The translations under genes were made by a program, and so were the position numbers. From assembly GCF_037042905.1 (NCBI RefSeq), contig NC_087250.1:17546001-17610000 (forward strand): a stretch of 64,000 bases of DNA. Reading direction: 5' to 3'. The stretch is from Lytechinus pictus. Taxonomy: Eukaryota. How positions within the stretch are numbered: the first letter of the stretch is position 1; each line of letters opens with the position of its first letter. This document shows, piece after piece, positions 62,036-64,000 of this stretch. The notes beneath the pieces are model-generated. The model made no database searches, had not been told where the DNA came from, and saw only the letters and a list, made by a program, of their open reading frames with translations.

Positions 62036-63526
62036 TCCGGTGGATTCACAACTTGGTGCACCATCTATCGGTTGCAGCAAACAGGCCAAAATTCTAACTT
62101 TGGGGTCGACATCTTGCGCAGGCGCAAAAGGTTGGCGATTAAGTGCAGAGCTTCCAAGTCTCCCGGATCCTGCGGGAGAATACTGGATTTCGATCCAATC
62201 TCCCGTTCTCCCGACCCCATGCCAATTGTAAAATTCATACAAACGACTGTTTTACGAGTCTAGCATGTTCAACTCCCTTTACACCCACGTGGAAACTCCT
62301 TATCACATTTTCATTTTACCCAGTTACTTTTACCAGTTTTTGTATAATCGTACATTGATTTCCAAAGTAAATGAAGATAATTTTACCGAACGACTGGTGA
62401 ATTAGTCTAACAAGCAATTTTTTTTTCTGGTTCTGCAATGTGCGTGATGGAAACACTTCAGCAGCACTCCATGCACATGCCCCCCGACGCGCCCCGGCGC
62501 GGCACTGCCTGGTCTCCGGCAAACTGCGCCGCGCCAGGAGGCTATGCGAGAAGGGAAGTCCGATGCATTTTGCGGAAGCTTGTGTGCGCTTTATTCGAGC
62601 TGAAACTGTGGATCAACGATGGGTTACTATTATAATTACACCCTGACTTTTAGGAATAATTTTATTGACAATCCTGAAGAACAGAAGCAAAGTGGAGATT
62701 TTTTTGCCTACTTTTACTTGGGTTGATCGGATTCGAACATTTTCTCTTTCGTGAGTGAGCTAGCCTGGCGCTGGCTGGCTGTGCGTGCTTGCTACAAAAA
62801 GGCAATTTTCACAGGAATCCCTCGGCCCTCAGAGACTTTAAACAGGCCACATATAAGTCTTTACAGGGCCAGGCAAGCTCATCTTCCACTACTGCAGCCC
62901 TTTCCCCCTCTGGACAATAAAGGTATTTTCATGTTGAATGCATTCTTTTATGAATCATTTATGTTCTACTGACAGTACTGTATTGCCTGAAGCTTGAACT
63001 TATTTTTTTAGTCAATGACAATTCATGAAATCTCTCTAATATGCATTTAATCTATGTGCCAAAAATTTTGATGGTTTAGACAGCTGTCGGATACTATCAA
63101 ATGTTGTTTCTTAATGAGTTTTGCTACCCAAAACTCCCGTCTGTGGGACATTTCGCCGCGCGCTCCCTCACAAAATCATACCTCCGCGAAATCTTCTGGA
63201 TTCTATCATCCCAATGTTGGCAGCTCTGTAAGTGTACATAATGTAATTGTGATGCTTCAGAAATGAAAACCGTATGGCAAGAATTCATCAAAAACTGTCT
63301 AATCTTCGCAAAGAAATATGCGGGCAAATTTCTCTCCTACCTCCTGGACCCTAGTAAACAGCATATCCGGTTGAGCTGCGTCAGCCAGCACTGAATAATC
63401 GCATGCATGCATGCACTTTAGTACTATGGCGTGCAACAGATGTCGACATTTTCCCATGAGGCATTGCAAATTTTGACATGTGGGCTGCAACTGATAGATT
63501 GCGCACCGTATTGTGAATCCACCGAA
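62036..63526. mobile_element. 1.5-kb non-autonomous DNA transposon inserted in a SINE
   Basis: ~40-bp imperfect TIR cggtggattcacaa...ctatcggttgcagc / gctgcaactgatag...ttgtgaatccaccg; TAA/TTA flanks. Confidence 0.75.
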
Positions 63527-63724
63527 TTATGCTGCATGACTGCAGAGCGTTCAAGAGAATTCTGTTAAAGTAAGTGTTATGCGCTATACAAAAGAGATAA
63601 GCAAGTATTAATATGACACTCGCCTGTCAGACAGAGGATTGTGGGTTCCAAATCCAGACATGCCTTATATTCCTTCAACAAGAAATTCATCCACATTGTG
63701 CTGCACTTGACCCAGGTGAGGTAA

Positions 63725-63886
63725 TAGTCTGCAGGCACAGACCCTGATTTAAACTTTGATCAACGAGTGGGTCTTCACTACAGACTAGGCCATGTAAAAC
63801 TTGCTGTTTCACTTCAGTGGACAAGTCACTTTAGGCTGCATATTCAGACCACTTGAGTTGAGTGAAGGGTTTGCCCAGCAGAACTG
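63725..63886 (+). mobile_element. TAGTCTGC-ended MITE (copy 4) inserted in a degenerate SINE (~63615-63980)
   Basis: Same family; flanks GTGAGGTAA / GTGAGGTGA inside the SINE core acccaggtgaggt.aat. Confidence 0.75.
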
Positions 63887-64000
63887 GTGAGGTGAATAGG
63901 TATCCAGTATGATTAATTCTGAGAATGCATTTTGCGTTGCTGATGAAACAGCAGTTTGAGCTAAAGCTAGGTTAATGTTACTTCCCCTTTGTATCCATTA

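Noticed and set aside
62040-63490. Short ORFs inside the 1.5-kb TIR element (and inside 53811-56012)
   Set aside because: No DDE transposase, Myb/SANT or zinc-finger motif recognised; treated as non-autonomous.

Overview
This is AT-rich, intron-rich animal genomic DNA, probably sea urchin (inferred from gene set and repeat style), with one 149-N assembly gap at 16687-16835. Six spliced genes were reconstructed by hand from GT-AG boundaries and reading frame: (1) the last exon of LOXHD1 (+); (2) complete COA7 (+, 3 exons); (3) complete NDUFA11 (-, 4 exons); (4) a complete 154-aa CD225/dispanin (IFITM/PRRT-like) gene (-, 4 coding exons); (5) MTHFSD (+, 5 coding exons, no RRM visible); (6) the 5' part of BRD10/KIAA2026 (+, 7 coding exons, running off the window). 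Introns and intergenic DNA hold many non-autonomous DNA transposons (TTAA-flanked Kolobok-like and piggyBac-like, hAT-like, Harbinger-like, and a 9-bp-TSD family), tRNA-derived SINEs, an L2 LINE remnant and (ATC)n/(GA)n tracts. Most ORFs in the supplied track are spurious. The best leads are the CD225 protein with IFITM3-like motifs, a BRD10 bromodomain that looks canonical, two duplicated acceptors in BRD10 (one split by a transposon), and a 35-bp hairpin over a candidate last acceptor of MTHFSD. I see no clear new multi-gene system. Homology calls are from remembered sequences, not database searches.
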